Source: Zygnema circumcarinatum SAG 698-1b
Lineage: Eukaryota; Plantae; Zygnematophyceae
Reading direction: 5' to 3'
DNA length: 64,000 nt
Assembly (NCBI GenBank): GCA_037447605.1
Contig: CM074807.1
Location: 930,001-994,000, forward strand
Of this stretch, positions 54,005 to 64,000 are shown piece after piece; the stretch's first letter is position 1; each line of letters opens with the position of its first letter. Position numbers and translations under genes: made by a program. The notes under the pieces are model-generated. The model searched no databases and was not told the DNA's origin. It worked only from the letters and a program-made list of their open reading frames with translations.

Positions 54005-55356
54005 GGGAGAGAGAGGGAGAGAGAGGGGGAAAGAGGGGGAGAGAGAGAGAGAGGGAGAGGGGGAGAGAGAGAGAGAGGGAGAGGGGGAGGAGAGAGAGAG
54101 AGAGAGAGAGAGAGAGCAAGACCTCCAGGCACGTGTCAGGAACACAGTGGCGGAAAAACAGCTGCATTCGCAGTACATGCTACCAGGTGGGAGTAGTTTC
54201 TTCACTCGCTCCCTCTCGCTCTCTTTCCCTCGCTCACGCTCAAACCTGCTTTCTAGCCCACCTCCTGTTCCGCCCCTCCTCCCTCTCTCTTTATTCATTT
54301 CTCTTCGTAGTTTCCCGCACCTTTCACTCCCACTTCTCCTCTCCCTCTCCGTGTTCAGTCTCCCCTCATTCCCTCTAGCCCTCCTTTTTCCTCCTTAGCC
54401 CGCCCTCCCTCCCATGCTTTCCCCTCGTCCTGCAAACGTCACTATTCATCGTTCCTTCACCTGCCTCACCTTAACGCTCTCTCCGGCTACTTTCCACCTC
54501 TCGTTCTCCCTCTCCCTCTCCGTCTCCCTCTCCCTCTCCGTCAACCTCTCCCTCTCCGTCTCCCTCTTCCTCTCCGTCTCCCTCTTCCTCTCCGTCAACC
54601 TCTCCCTCTCCCTCTACACCTCCCTCTACCTCTCCCTCTCCCTGAAAGCACCAGTTCAGAGCCACATTCAACACGAGCTAAAGCATCGTAGGGCTCTCCT
54701 CCTTTCTAACCACACATTTCTCGGCACCAAAAACCCTACTCATCTCTGACGCATATCGCCCACCAAAAACTGACACTTTCCGGAAGAAAAAAAGCGAAGT
54801 GGAAACAATTAGGTTCAATACTGATGCCATTCACTATATTCCACACTCCAGCACGACACAAACCATATAAAAAAACTGAATGCAGGGAAGCTTCAGGGCT
54901 GCTCGAGGGTCAAACATTTCCCGCTATCAGCTGCTACTTTGCAGATTTAAGGGTTGACGAGGGAGCAGTTGAAGCTGAGAGCAGCATTCAACGAACCTTC
55001 AACCGCGAAGGCATCATTTGAAATGATTTCATCCAAAAATGACAGATTCAGCACTGCTCACGGCGGGACTTCGAATCATAATAAAACGATCATTGCAAAA
55101 ACTCGACACACTGAGAAACCCCCCCCCCACAGGGACAGAAAAAAGGTATAAATGTATTACAAATTGATACCCAAACGAATCCAAAGACAAAATCAAACCA
55201 ATAAAAGAAATGAAAAGGATCGAAAAAAATGTAAAGGAGGCTAAAATGCACGAAACAGTGAGAAAAAAACCGCCTTTTGTTTTACCCTTCTTGAAAACTA
55301 ACCCTAAGTTCGCACCTTACATAATGGGGCCGTTGCAGCTTGACTNNNNNNNNNNG

Positions 55357-55387
<31 letters not shown>

Positions 55388-56725
55388 GGGAGAGAGAGGG
55401 AGAGAGAGGGGGAAAGAGGGGGAGAGAGAGAGAGAGGGAGAGGGGGAGAGAGAGAGAGAGGGAGAGGGGGAGAGAGAGAGAGAGAGAGAGAGAGAGCAAG
55501 ACCTCCAGGCACGTGTCAGGAACACAGTGGCGGAAAAACAGCTGCATTCGCAGTACATGCTACCAGGTGGGAGTAGTTTCTTCACTCGCTCCCTCTCGCT
55601 CTCTTTCCCTCGCTCACGCTCAAACCTGCTTTCTAGCCCACCTCCTGTTCCGCCCCTCCTCCCTCTCTCTTTATTCATTTCTCTTCGTAGTTTCCCGCAC
55701 CTTTCACTCCCACTTCTCCTCTCCCTCTCCGTGTTCAGTCTCCCCTCATTCCCTCTAGCCCTCCTTTTTCCTCCTTAGCCCGCCCTCCCTCCCATGCTTT
55801 CCCCTCGTCCTGCAAACGTCACTATTCATCGTTCCTTCACCTGCCTCACCTTAACGCTCTCTCCGGCTACTTTCCACCTCTCGTTCTCCCTCTCCCTCTC
55901 CGTCTCCCTCTCCCTCTCCGTCAACCTCTCCCTCTCCGTCTCCCTCTTCCTCTCCGTCTCCCTCTTCCTCTCCGTCAACCTCTCCCTCTCCCTCTACACC
56001 TCCCTCTACCTCTCCCTCTCCCTGAAAGCACCAGTTCAGAGCCACATTCAACACGAGCTAAAGCATCGTAGGGCTCTCCTCCTTTCTAACCACACATTTC
56101 TCGGCACCAAAAACCCTACTCATCTCTGACGCATATCGCCCACCAAAAACTGACACTTTCCGGAAGAAAAAAAGCGAAGTGGAAACAATTAGGTTCAATA
56201 CTGATGCCATTCACTATATTCCACACTCCAGCACGACACAAACCATATAAAAAAACTGAATGCAGGGAAGCTTCAGGGCTGCTCGAGGGTCAAACATTTC
56301 CCGCTATCAGCTGCTACTTTGCAGATTTAAGGGTTGACGAGGGAGCAGTTGAAGCTGAGAGCAGCATTCAACGAACCTTCAACCGCGAAGGCATCATTTG
56401 AAATGATTTCATCCAAAAATGACAGATTCAGCACTGCTCACGGCGGGACTTCGAATCATAATAAAACGATCATTGCAAAAACTCGACACACTGAGAAACC
56501 CCCCCCCCACAGGGACAGAAAAAAGGTATAAATGTATTACAAATTGATACCCAAACGAATCCAAAGACAAAATCAAACCAATAAAAGAAATGAAAAGGAT
56601 CGAAAAAAATGTAAAGGAGGCTAAAATGCACGAAACAGTGAGAAAAAAACCGCCTTTTGTTTTACCCTTCTTGAAAACTAACCCTAAGTTCGCACCTTAC
56701 ATAATGGGGCCGTTGCAGCTTGACT
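53973..56725. repeat. Near-identical 1.38-kb tandem duplication (53973-55345 and 55356-56725) bounded by N gaps; likely assembly artefact
   Basis: Sequence is identical at offset 1380 outside the GA tract. Each copy starts immediately after a 10-N gap. Confidence 0.9.
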
Positions 56726-59408
56726 CCCCTGCCGCCAACAGCGTCCCTCCCTCTCCACGCTTCCTGCCTCCCGCTCTCCCTCCCTCTCCCACTCTCTTCA
56801 CGCTGTCTCCCTCCCTCACTCTCTCGCACACACACCACTCCTTCCACTCATACGCAGCCTCTCTCCCACTATTCTCACTCCCTGCTCCTCTTTCTCTGCA
56901 ATCTTACCCTATCTTTCCTCCTTCCACTATCTCCCTTCTTTCAACTCTCCCTCGACGCTCCTTCTCCTCCGCTATCCTCCCCTATCCCTCCCCCCGCCTC
57001 TCCTTCCCTCCCCTCTCTTATCACCCCTCCCTCCACTCTCCCCCTCCACCAATTTCCTCTCCACTTCTTCCCCTCTCCTACCACTCCCTCTTCCCCTCTC
57101 TCCCGCCCCCCTCTCTCTCCCTCTCTCTTTTTCCCCCTCCCTCTCCCCCTCTCCCTCTTTCTCTCCCCCTCTCCCTCCCTCCCTGGCAGTAAAGGCCCCG
57201 CCCGCCCGTCCGTCCCCCTCAGGTGCCCCCTTTCCGCCCCTCCCGGCCAATTCTCTCGCTCCCCCGCACGTGCGGCGTCGCACTCGGGGCGGTTGCCACC
57301 CGGGGGCGGCCACGCCCGCCAACTTCCGTCACGTCACGTCACGTCATGTGGCCACCATGGCGCGCCCCTCCTTTATGACGTGCCGACCACCCGCACGTGC
57401 GGGGGGGGCCACCATGGCCATGGCATGGCTACATGGGCAACATGTCTGCTGCCAGGGGCATGCATGGCCTCCCAGGTATGCATGCATGCATGTATGTATG
57501 TGCCGCCGCCCGGTTGGGAAGGGTAAGCCGGATGGGGGCGGAGGCACGCAAGCGGCGCCGGGAAGAGCCCGGCCAATGGGACGCGTCCATGTAGGCAAAT
57601 ATGTCCACATGGCAGACTTCCATTGGACTGTTCGTTTTGGAACGGACAGAAGTCGCCAACAAAAGTAGTGGGGCCGCGGCGAAGAGTCTTCGGTCGCACG
57701 TGGGCGATTGAGTGGGTGCCACGTGGCAGCGGCCGGCCAGGGGCGAAGCGGGCAACGGCGGGCGGCCGTTAGGGCCGCACGGCCAGCTGGCAGCAGGCAG
57801 CACGGGCGGGCGCCTTTGACGTACAGTACAGTATCTGCGATCGGTCGTACCGTACGGCGAGTCGTCCAAACAACCATAATAATCCTCCGCGGTAAATTTC
57901 GTTGCGCGCAACTTGCCATGGCCAACAACCACATGCCATGCCATGTATGGGCCAGCAGCGCACGCATGCACAACAACCATCACGATTGTTCTGTTGTTCA
58001 CACACAAAAGCTTGTACTCGTATCCTTCAAGGATGTACACATCCACATGGCACCCAATGAAAATCATATGCATGCACAAGAACTAGAATTATGAACAACA
58101 TAAGCGTTCACAAAGTGCCAGCCCCTCTCCAACAACATTTTACTCACGCATGCGAGCAAGCATATGCATGTTGGAACAAAATGCCGTTCGGTCAGAGAAC
58201 AGTTTTTTTTTTTAATCACGACAGCCCTGTACGGCCCTCGACTGCCCTCGCCCTCAGCTGCCGCCCGTCCGTCCAAAGCGCAACTTTGACCCTGACCGAC
58301 CGGTTCGCCACTAGAACCGTCTCCCGCCGCCCTGCCGCCCTGCCGCCCTGGCAGCCAGGGGCCAAAACAGAATTCCTCTGTCGGATCAGCGCGGCTCTCT
58401 CCCTCCCTCCCTCACTCTCTCCCTCCCTCCCCTCCCTCCCTCCCTCCCTTCCTCTGTCTCGTCTTGTCTCGTCATGTCTCGTCCCCCACGAGGGAGGGAG
58501 GGGGGGGTTGGGAAGGGGGTGGGTGAAGGCGAGAGAGAGGGAGAGGGGGGGAGGGGTGGGGACAGGTCGGGTCGGCCCAACGGCCGCAACGGTCGGCACT
58601 CGCAGGAGGCCGCTGCCGGTGGCGGGGCGTTGGGCCACTTGGCGGCGCACGGCCACTTGCGAGCTGCTCGGGTGGGGCGGGTTGGGGAGCTACGGCCAAG
58701 TTGGATGAGCCATGTCGGACAGGAGACACCCCTCGCAAAGGCCCTTTCGCACACTCCAAAACGAGAGAGAGAAGAGGAGAGGGGAGGGGGAGGGGGGAAG
58801 AGAGGGAGAGAGCGAGAGAGGGAGGTAGGCGAGGCCATGCCTTTCAATTCATAATACGTTTCTACTTATCACAAGGAGAGGCTTTATATCAGGCCAAAAA
58901 CGACTTTGACATCACTATTTAATGCACTATGCACATTCTTCTATGACATGGCAAGAACGACTGGAAGTTAAATGACCAACCCTTGCTACTAAAGGGGGAA
59001 AAAAATGACAACACAGTACTTAGCCACCTCCCACCCTACAGCCATGTACCAAGCCATCGATCCCCTCCTTCCAGCATGGCAACGCACTAAGTTTTAATCC
59101 CACTCTATATACATCAAAAACTCTCCTAACTTTTGAACAGTGAGTGCCTTCGGACTTGGCTCTCCGTTCAACACGTGTCAAAACCCCTCCCTCGCCCCTT
59201 CTCCGGACTTTAAGACGCAGAAAACTCTCATGTGATGCATCACATGTACATAATCAATTGAAACCGCCCCTTTAACGTACAAAAGAATAAAGCAATGAGA
59301 CCCACAGTACCCTACATACAAACGAAAGCTCCATTTGTCGAGCAAGCAATTCCCCTCCTGCACATCCAGGCAAGAGACGAACTGAGAAGAAACCTCTTCC
59401 GCACTCTC

Positions 59409-62400
59409 CTAGCATTTTGACTTCTTTGAAAGAGCAACGGCTGCTTTGGAGCTTGATTGACGGCCCAGATGTGTGCAGATGTACGAGCCTGCCTCCACCA
59501 CTTGCGTGAGGTCCACCCCAGTCTCCACCCCCAAGCCCTGCAGCAGATAGAGAACATCTTCTGTGGCAACATTTCCTGCTGCTCCCTTAGCAAAGGGGCA
59601 CCCTCCTAGGCCTGCCACGGAGGAGTCCACGACAGCAACTCCCATCTGCCAAGCAGAAAAGGAAAGCCGAGTCCCTCGTAGTCAGATTCATCCATCATTC
59701 TAATTGTTGGCACAGCGCTGCCTAATGAGGAGCTTTTGACTCAAGCAAAGCAACTAAGTGACTATACAGGAGCTGAAAAAGGTCATTGAGGGATCAAACG
59801 CTTATGAATGTGCCATGATTCAGGGCCTACATCCCAGTCCTAGTTTACCCCACTTCTCCCTTGCCCACCTGCAACGAGATTAGAATATTCGCCAGAGCTT
59901 GCCCATATGTGTCGTGCATATGCACAGCCAACGCCTCCACTGGGACCACTGCCATCACTGCTCTCAACATGGCTGCCACTTTCCCTGCCAATTTGAAGCA
60001 ACTTCTCCAGACAATTCAGAACAGGCCATACCCAAAATCACGCTCAACCTCTGTCTTTTTTAAGACACCTTATCTTGTTTTCCTACACGTCTCTCGAGAT
60101 ACCCTCATCGCCATAGTGACAAGGTAATGCAGGTGACCCACCTGGAGTGCCCACCCCGATGGTATCCCCAAGAGAAATCTCATAGCATCCCATGTCGTAA
60201 AGTGCCTTGGCCACTCTTGCCACTTGGGAAGGCTCCACCGACCCCTCAATAGGGCAGCCGACAACACAGGAGACATACCTGCCACCATGGCCTTAATGTC
60301 TCAGCAACTTGGGGTACATGCATGAAGGAAGAGAATGGGTACATGCATGAAGGAAGAGAATGGGTACATGCATGAAGGAAGAGAATGGGTACATCCATGA
60401 AGGAAGAGAATGGGTACATGCATGAAGGGAGAGAATGGATATTGCAGCAGTATGTTTTTTGAATGGTGAGGAGAGGATAAGCACCCGCGCACGAGGATGC
60501 CCCTCTGCCGGGCGGCTGCACATATAGCAGAGTAGCGTTCTAGGCTTTCGTCAATGCTGCAGTTAATGTTGCTCCGACTGAAACCGTCGGTGGCTGCTGC
60601 AAACACCGCCACTTCTTTCGCCCCTGCTGCTACTGCGGCTTCAAAGCCCTGCATGTAATGATAGAAATCCCTTTCTTCTACCATTGAAACGGCTTACAAA
60701 GGAGGTCTCCTATACGAAAATGGTCGATTCAAAGCTAAATATGGGTTGCAGGAAAAGACACTAAACTATGCTTGCACGAATCGACCGTCGAGTTGGAAGC
60801 TTTGCTAGAAGTTTACCTTGAAGTTGGGGGTAAGCACGGGAAAACTAGTTCTGTCCGTTTGTGTAATTTGACGCATCACCTCTAACGAATCCGCCAGCTG
60901 GCGCATCACGAGGGGGCGAAAGGGCAAAGGAAAAAGATGAGAAACACGGCTTGCTCACTCCAAAAACGTGAGAATGTACTCTGCGAATGACAATTATGCT
61001 TTTTCCACCAAGTTGAATTTCCCACACCAGAAGCATTTGTGTTCTATGGGTTTTCTCACCTGCGGGACCCACTTGGGAGAAACGAAGCTGGTAGCCTCCA
61101 CGGCAGGCAGACCAGCCATAGCCAGACGCTTAATGAGCTCCACTTTAACCTCTGTTGGAACTCGCTCCTTCTCATTTTGAAGACCGTCTCTCGGGCCTAC
61201 TTCAACTATCTTCACCTTTTGCGGAAGGCACTTTAAGGCCTGCATTTAAGGGCAGCAACGCCCTATGAGATGGTTGGCTCGTTCCGCATATTCCCTGACA
61301 ATCTACCAAGACTTCCAATGGTGCGAACGTGGCACAAATCTACCTGTTCAGCGCTCTCACCTCAAAAGCAAGTGCGGGAGCTTTGTGAAGCTCCCTATAT
61401 GGGACAGAAAAGCCACAGTATCCAGCGGCCATGGCTGACAGTGGCTGAACACGATGTGACCTTCCGCCATGAGGGGAAGGCAGCAGATGCGCCCTCCCAG
61501 AAGGAGAAGTGTCGGAGTGCAGAGATGTTGCATAGGAATTTGGACTAAGCTCCTGCTTTTTTTGGCTGTGCCAGATGGAAGGTGAGTCACAAGCAGCTGC
61601 TTCTTCAAACAGCTCAGGTTGAGACTTATCCAGAGGCGAGCCGGCTTTTGGCACCTCTATAGAAATAAGTGAACGTCGAAAGAAATCAAGCCTGCAAACG
61701 CATGTCAAGAGTCAAGACAACCACTTTCAAGTCGGATGATAAAGGCACGGGGACACACAAAAAAAACGCAAGTTCATACAACGTAAGAAAAAATTTGGTT
61801 TTCGCAATCCCTGAGCTACACAGCTGCATGGTAAAACCCTTCAAGTGTATCTCAAAACATAATTAGATACGACGGCGTGAGTGCACATGTTATTGTTGCG
61901 TTTGCACGAAAACACTTCATTGTGGTAGCTGCTACTAAAACAGCGAATAAATTTATTTTTCCGCCTATGCCAATTGTAAACATAAATCGATCCTTTATAC
62001 TTTTCCAAGATTTCCACTTCATAGCCAAAGTAGAGCTCGCAATTTCTAGCATTCTTCAAAGTTCGAAATCAACAGCAATGGCCCCTTGAATGTTCATACG
62101 GGTCTCAAATGCGAGCAGCTCAACCACCAATATACTACCAACAATTTATTCAGTTAGAAAACATTCAAGCTCGGAAAAGTGACGTAAAACAGTCCACAGC
62201 AAGCGAAACAACTTCTCCCCCACCGTGACACATGCCGCAAATCGGCACTTTCAAGCCGTGCGCCCTCCACCTGCTGCTGTTTCACCATGGCTCTCTCCAA
62301 GTCACATCCTCCTTCCGAATTCATACTCGCAGCAGTAGCCGTAGCAGGAGGAGGAGGAGGGGTTGCCTGCAAGCACCTGCTCTGCTCACAGGCCATGGCC

Positions 62401-62735
62401 GCCTTTGCCATGCGCTCCTCCTCCGCATGCATCGAAATGACAGAGCATCGCACCATGGCTTCCCCTCTCGCCAGAGCCTTGCCACTTGGCGTCTGCTGAT
62501 AGGCTCCCGCCACCTCTCGCACGTGCCTGACAACTGCAGCAGGAAGAAGGCGGCTGTGCGGCATCAGAGGGGAGAGCGGGGAAACCAGAAGAGTGCAAAT
62601 GAGAGAGCCAAGAAGGCCTCCTCCTTTACAGGGACGAGCAGCCCGCCGCCATGGCCATGGCTGCCTGCCGGAGAGGAAGGAGGTCTTTGAAAGGACGGCG
62701 ATTCCAAGACGCCTCCCTCGACCCATGACCGCCAT
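59409..62735 (-). CDS. HMGCL: 3-hydroxy-3-methylglutaryl-CoA lyase with long N-terminal extension
   Basis: [121 protein letters not shown]. Ends SKKSKC*. The start codon is uncertain (62735 or a downstream in-frame ATG). Confidence 0.96.
60312..60436. repeat. 25-bp minisatellite, 5 copies, in HMGCL intron
   Basis: GGGTACATGCATGAAGGAAGAGAAT repeated five times, with single substitutions in copies 4 and 5. Confidence 0.93.
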
Positions 62736-63481
62736 GGCCGAGAGCGGAGGGACGTCCTAGGAAACCAGTTCAAAATTAGTACTCTCTCTGTGGGAAAATG
62801 AGCCGGAAAACCTTCAACTACAGCATTCGTTCTATTTTGTATCTGGGATTGCCCTAACAATCTGGTGTGCAACCTGACTAACCATGGCTAGTATTTTTTT
62901 CTTACTGTTGGTCCAAATGTCTAGTACAGTACTGTATGAAACATCGTATTCGATATATTTTTCAAAATCGACCTATTTCGATACTGTTTGCTCTTTTGTC
63001 CGTACCAATGCGTGCAGAAAACGACAAAGGGACATGCCACCACCCCGACCGTACAATCTTCTTTTTGTGTTCCGTACGGGTACTGTGACAACACGTCACT
63101 CCAATCAGCGCACGTAGTTCCATGTTCACAGTTGCGATCCGCCCGTTTCCACTCGACGCACTCCTCTCTTTTCGCTAAACGACAAACTGACCGGCAAGCC
63201 CCAGCCGTATGGTCCCGCTATTGATTGGTCAGAACAAGATTGCTGACGTGTTTACTGTGGAGCAATGCTTCTCCGCTGTGCCCCTAACGCAGACCAAGGC
63301 CAAGCCAAGTTTCATTTGGCAATGGCTTGGAGATTTGTTCGAATAAAGTATTTCGCACGGTAACTTCGACCTTTATTTAATGTCTTTGGAGCAAAAACGC
63401 ATGTACTGATTTCGAACGACTGGTTTCTTGTAGAAGACGAGGTTGCCCTGGCTCATTTGACTTCTCCAGGAAGGACCGGCC

Positions 63482-64000
63482 ATGGCGGCGACGCCTGCAC
63501 CTACGTCAGCAGGCAGGCTCCGCATCCCACTCTCACTCTCTGGCTATGGCGAATGCTGCAGGTTGAGGGAAGGGAGGGGGTTTTAGGGTTGAAGGATGTG
63601 TGAGGGTGGAGGAGACGAAGAAGGAGGCTCAGCTTTAACGAAAGGAGCGTTGGTTGCTTTGGTTGGAGCAGACGAGGGGGAAGGAAGCTGCTGAGTGATT
63701 GGTTTTGGGAGAGTTGAGAGAGGATATTGTTGTGAGGGACTGAAAGGCATTGCATTTGTGTTTTTTTTGGTTCTGAAAGCGGTCTATCTGTGTAGGAGTG
63801 TGCATGAACAGGTCAAGCAAGTTGTGTCGATGTTGTTGCTGCTTCAAAATCTTTCAGAAAGTGAAGGAATAAGCTGATTATGATGTGTTCAAGCCTGTGC
63901 TTTCATGTACTTTTGTTGCAGCTCAAAGCAATTTGAACGTCCGTTACCCATGGAAGTTCCGGAGCTGCCTCGTGCTGCTGTTCGCCATCAACTTGGCCAT
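63482..64000 (+). CDS. 5' end of an unidentified gene running off the window
   Basis: GCCATGG start context at 63482 divergent from HMGCL, an intron-like segment, and an acceptor TTGTTGCAG ending at 63921 followed by open frames. The frame is ambiguous. Confidence 0.35.

Noticed and set aside
53973-56725. 1.38-kb perfect tandem duplication as a biological event
   Set aside because: The copies are identical and each abuts a 10-N gap in a GA tract, which is typical of unmerged contig overlap. Read depth or long reads would be needed to rescue it.
60312-60436. Regular 25-bp repeats as a CRISPR-like array
   Set aside because: The copies are head to tail with no unique spacers, lie in a eukaryotic intron, and have no cas genes nearby.

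Overview
This is compact, intron-containing green-plant nuclear DNA. A land-plant-type (rosette) CesA, short GT-AG introns and GA-rich simple repeats suggest a streptophyte, possibly a zygnematophycean alga; that assignment is inference only. Genes assembled by eye from spliced exons are: three CYP72-clan-like cytochrome P450s (a head-to-head pair at the left edge and a third about 22 kb further on), a cellulose synthase (CesA), an IFRD-family protein, a possible orphan gene, RAD9 head-to-head with COG4, an intronless putative plastid protein head-to-head with a uridine/pantothenate-kinase-like P-loop NTPase, the 25-aa ribosomal protein eL41 (missed by the ORF track), a type II membrane SAM methyltransferase, HMG-CoA lyase, and the start of another gene at the right edge. 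Three DNA transposons can be delimited from the sequence. One is a 1.18-kb Mutator-like deletion derivative with an 8-bp TSD upstream of CesA. One is a 131-bp MITE. The most unusual is a 4.47-kb TIR element whose interior is a giant CTG/CAG-rich foldback, with an inward-facing telo-box and splice donor in each arm. Promoters repeatedly carry dense GTAC and CATG clusters. A 1.38-kb duplication between N-gaps is probably an assembly artefact. I see no prokaryotic systems, CRISPR arrays, tRNA or rRNA. Exon boundaries are manual predictions.
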